DNA of 64,000 nucleotides from a virus: IMG/VR virus record IMGVR_UViG_3300034107_000136, positions 37,710 to 101,709 of that record; one strand, 5' to 3'. Shown piece by piece: positions 63,661 to 64,000 of this stretch (position 1 is its first letter; each line of letters starts with the position of its first letter). The notes under the pieces were generated by a model. It saw only the letters and a program-made list of their open reading frames with translations, ran no database searches and was not told where the DNA came from. The position numbers and the translations under genes were made by a program.

Positions 63661-63868
63661 CTTGCACATACTCCTTATTCTGTCGGTCGTTCTTGATTTC
63701 CCACTTTACCTGCTCGCCAAACTCAACGATGCGCTCTACGATGATGCGAGGCTGAGCCTTCATCACCGTGTACATGGCAACATAGATCAGTTCTTGATCT
63801 GTGATACGCATGTCAGCGAATGCATCGACAACCTTGTCAGCGACTCGCTCTATACGTTTGATATCCAT
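63644..63868 (-). CDS. Hypothetical protein
   Basis: Leaderless: TTGACA-17-TAGAAT-6nt-ATG on - strand. Confidence 0.6.
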   Translation of the reverse strand: MDIKRIERVADKVVDAFADMRITDQELIYVAMYTVMKAQPRIIVERIVEFGEQVKWEIKNDRQNKEYVQDGLFQ

Positions 63869-63874
63869 GTGCTT

Positions 63875-63903
63875 ATTCTACCCCCTGCGCTATAGAATGT
63901 CAA
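63875..63903 (-). promoter_or_regulatory. Sigma70-type leaderless promoter
   Basis: TGTCAA (63898-63903) and ATTCTA (63875-63880) on + strand. Confidence 0.7.
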
Positions 63904-64000
63904 GAGGTGGAAGGAAGGGAGTCAGTAGCGAATTGACTCCCCTCCCCTTTCCAACCTGCACGGTCCAGCATATCAACTTACGTTGCACCCCAACACCGTG

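Overview
A 64-kb segment of a large, AT-rich, lytic-type siphovirus. The host is almost certainly an actinobacterium (WhiB, class F sortase, GTTCA-type PHO box, many leaderless promoters), and the layout resembles Streptomyces BE/BK-type and freshwater actinophages. Order on the + strand: end of scaffold/protease, major capsid, head-tail and tail genes (frameshifted tail chaperone, 3096-aa tape measure), then the replication/recombination module (DnaB, primase, SSB, DnaE, MazG-like, RecA, Cas4-like, RuvC-like), then a displaced terminase pair. An accessory region follows, with glycosyl/methyl/sulfotransferases, an endolysin-like peptidase, HNH genes, 17 tRNAs, a SpoU methylase, tmRNA, a sortase locus and PstS. 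The window ends in an AT-rich repeat region where - strand genes converge. Most notable: (1) the tape measure protein carries a repeat-delimited cassette with ADP-ribosyltransferase-like and HNH-like domains; (2) a mucin-like secreted protein is joined to a class F sortase only through a -1 slip at U-UUU-UUA; (3) an HNH inserted at the start of a DenV-like gene leaves a duplicated start and an apparent ATC initiation codon; (4) two pseudoknotted RNAs sit between tRNAs; (5) a PHO-box pstS cassette lies between twin terminators; (6) the 5' and 3' UTRs of a muralytic enzyme gene are complementary. All protein calls come from motif recognition by eye; no searches were run.
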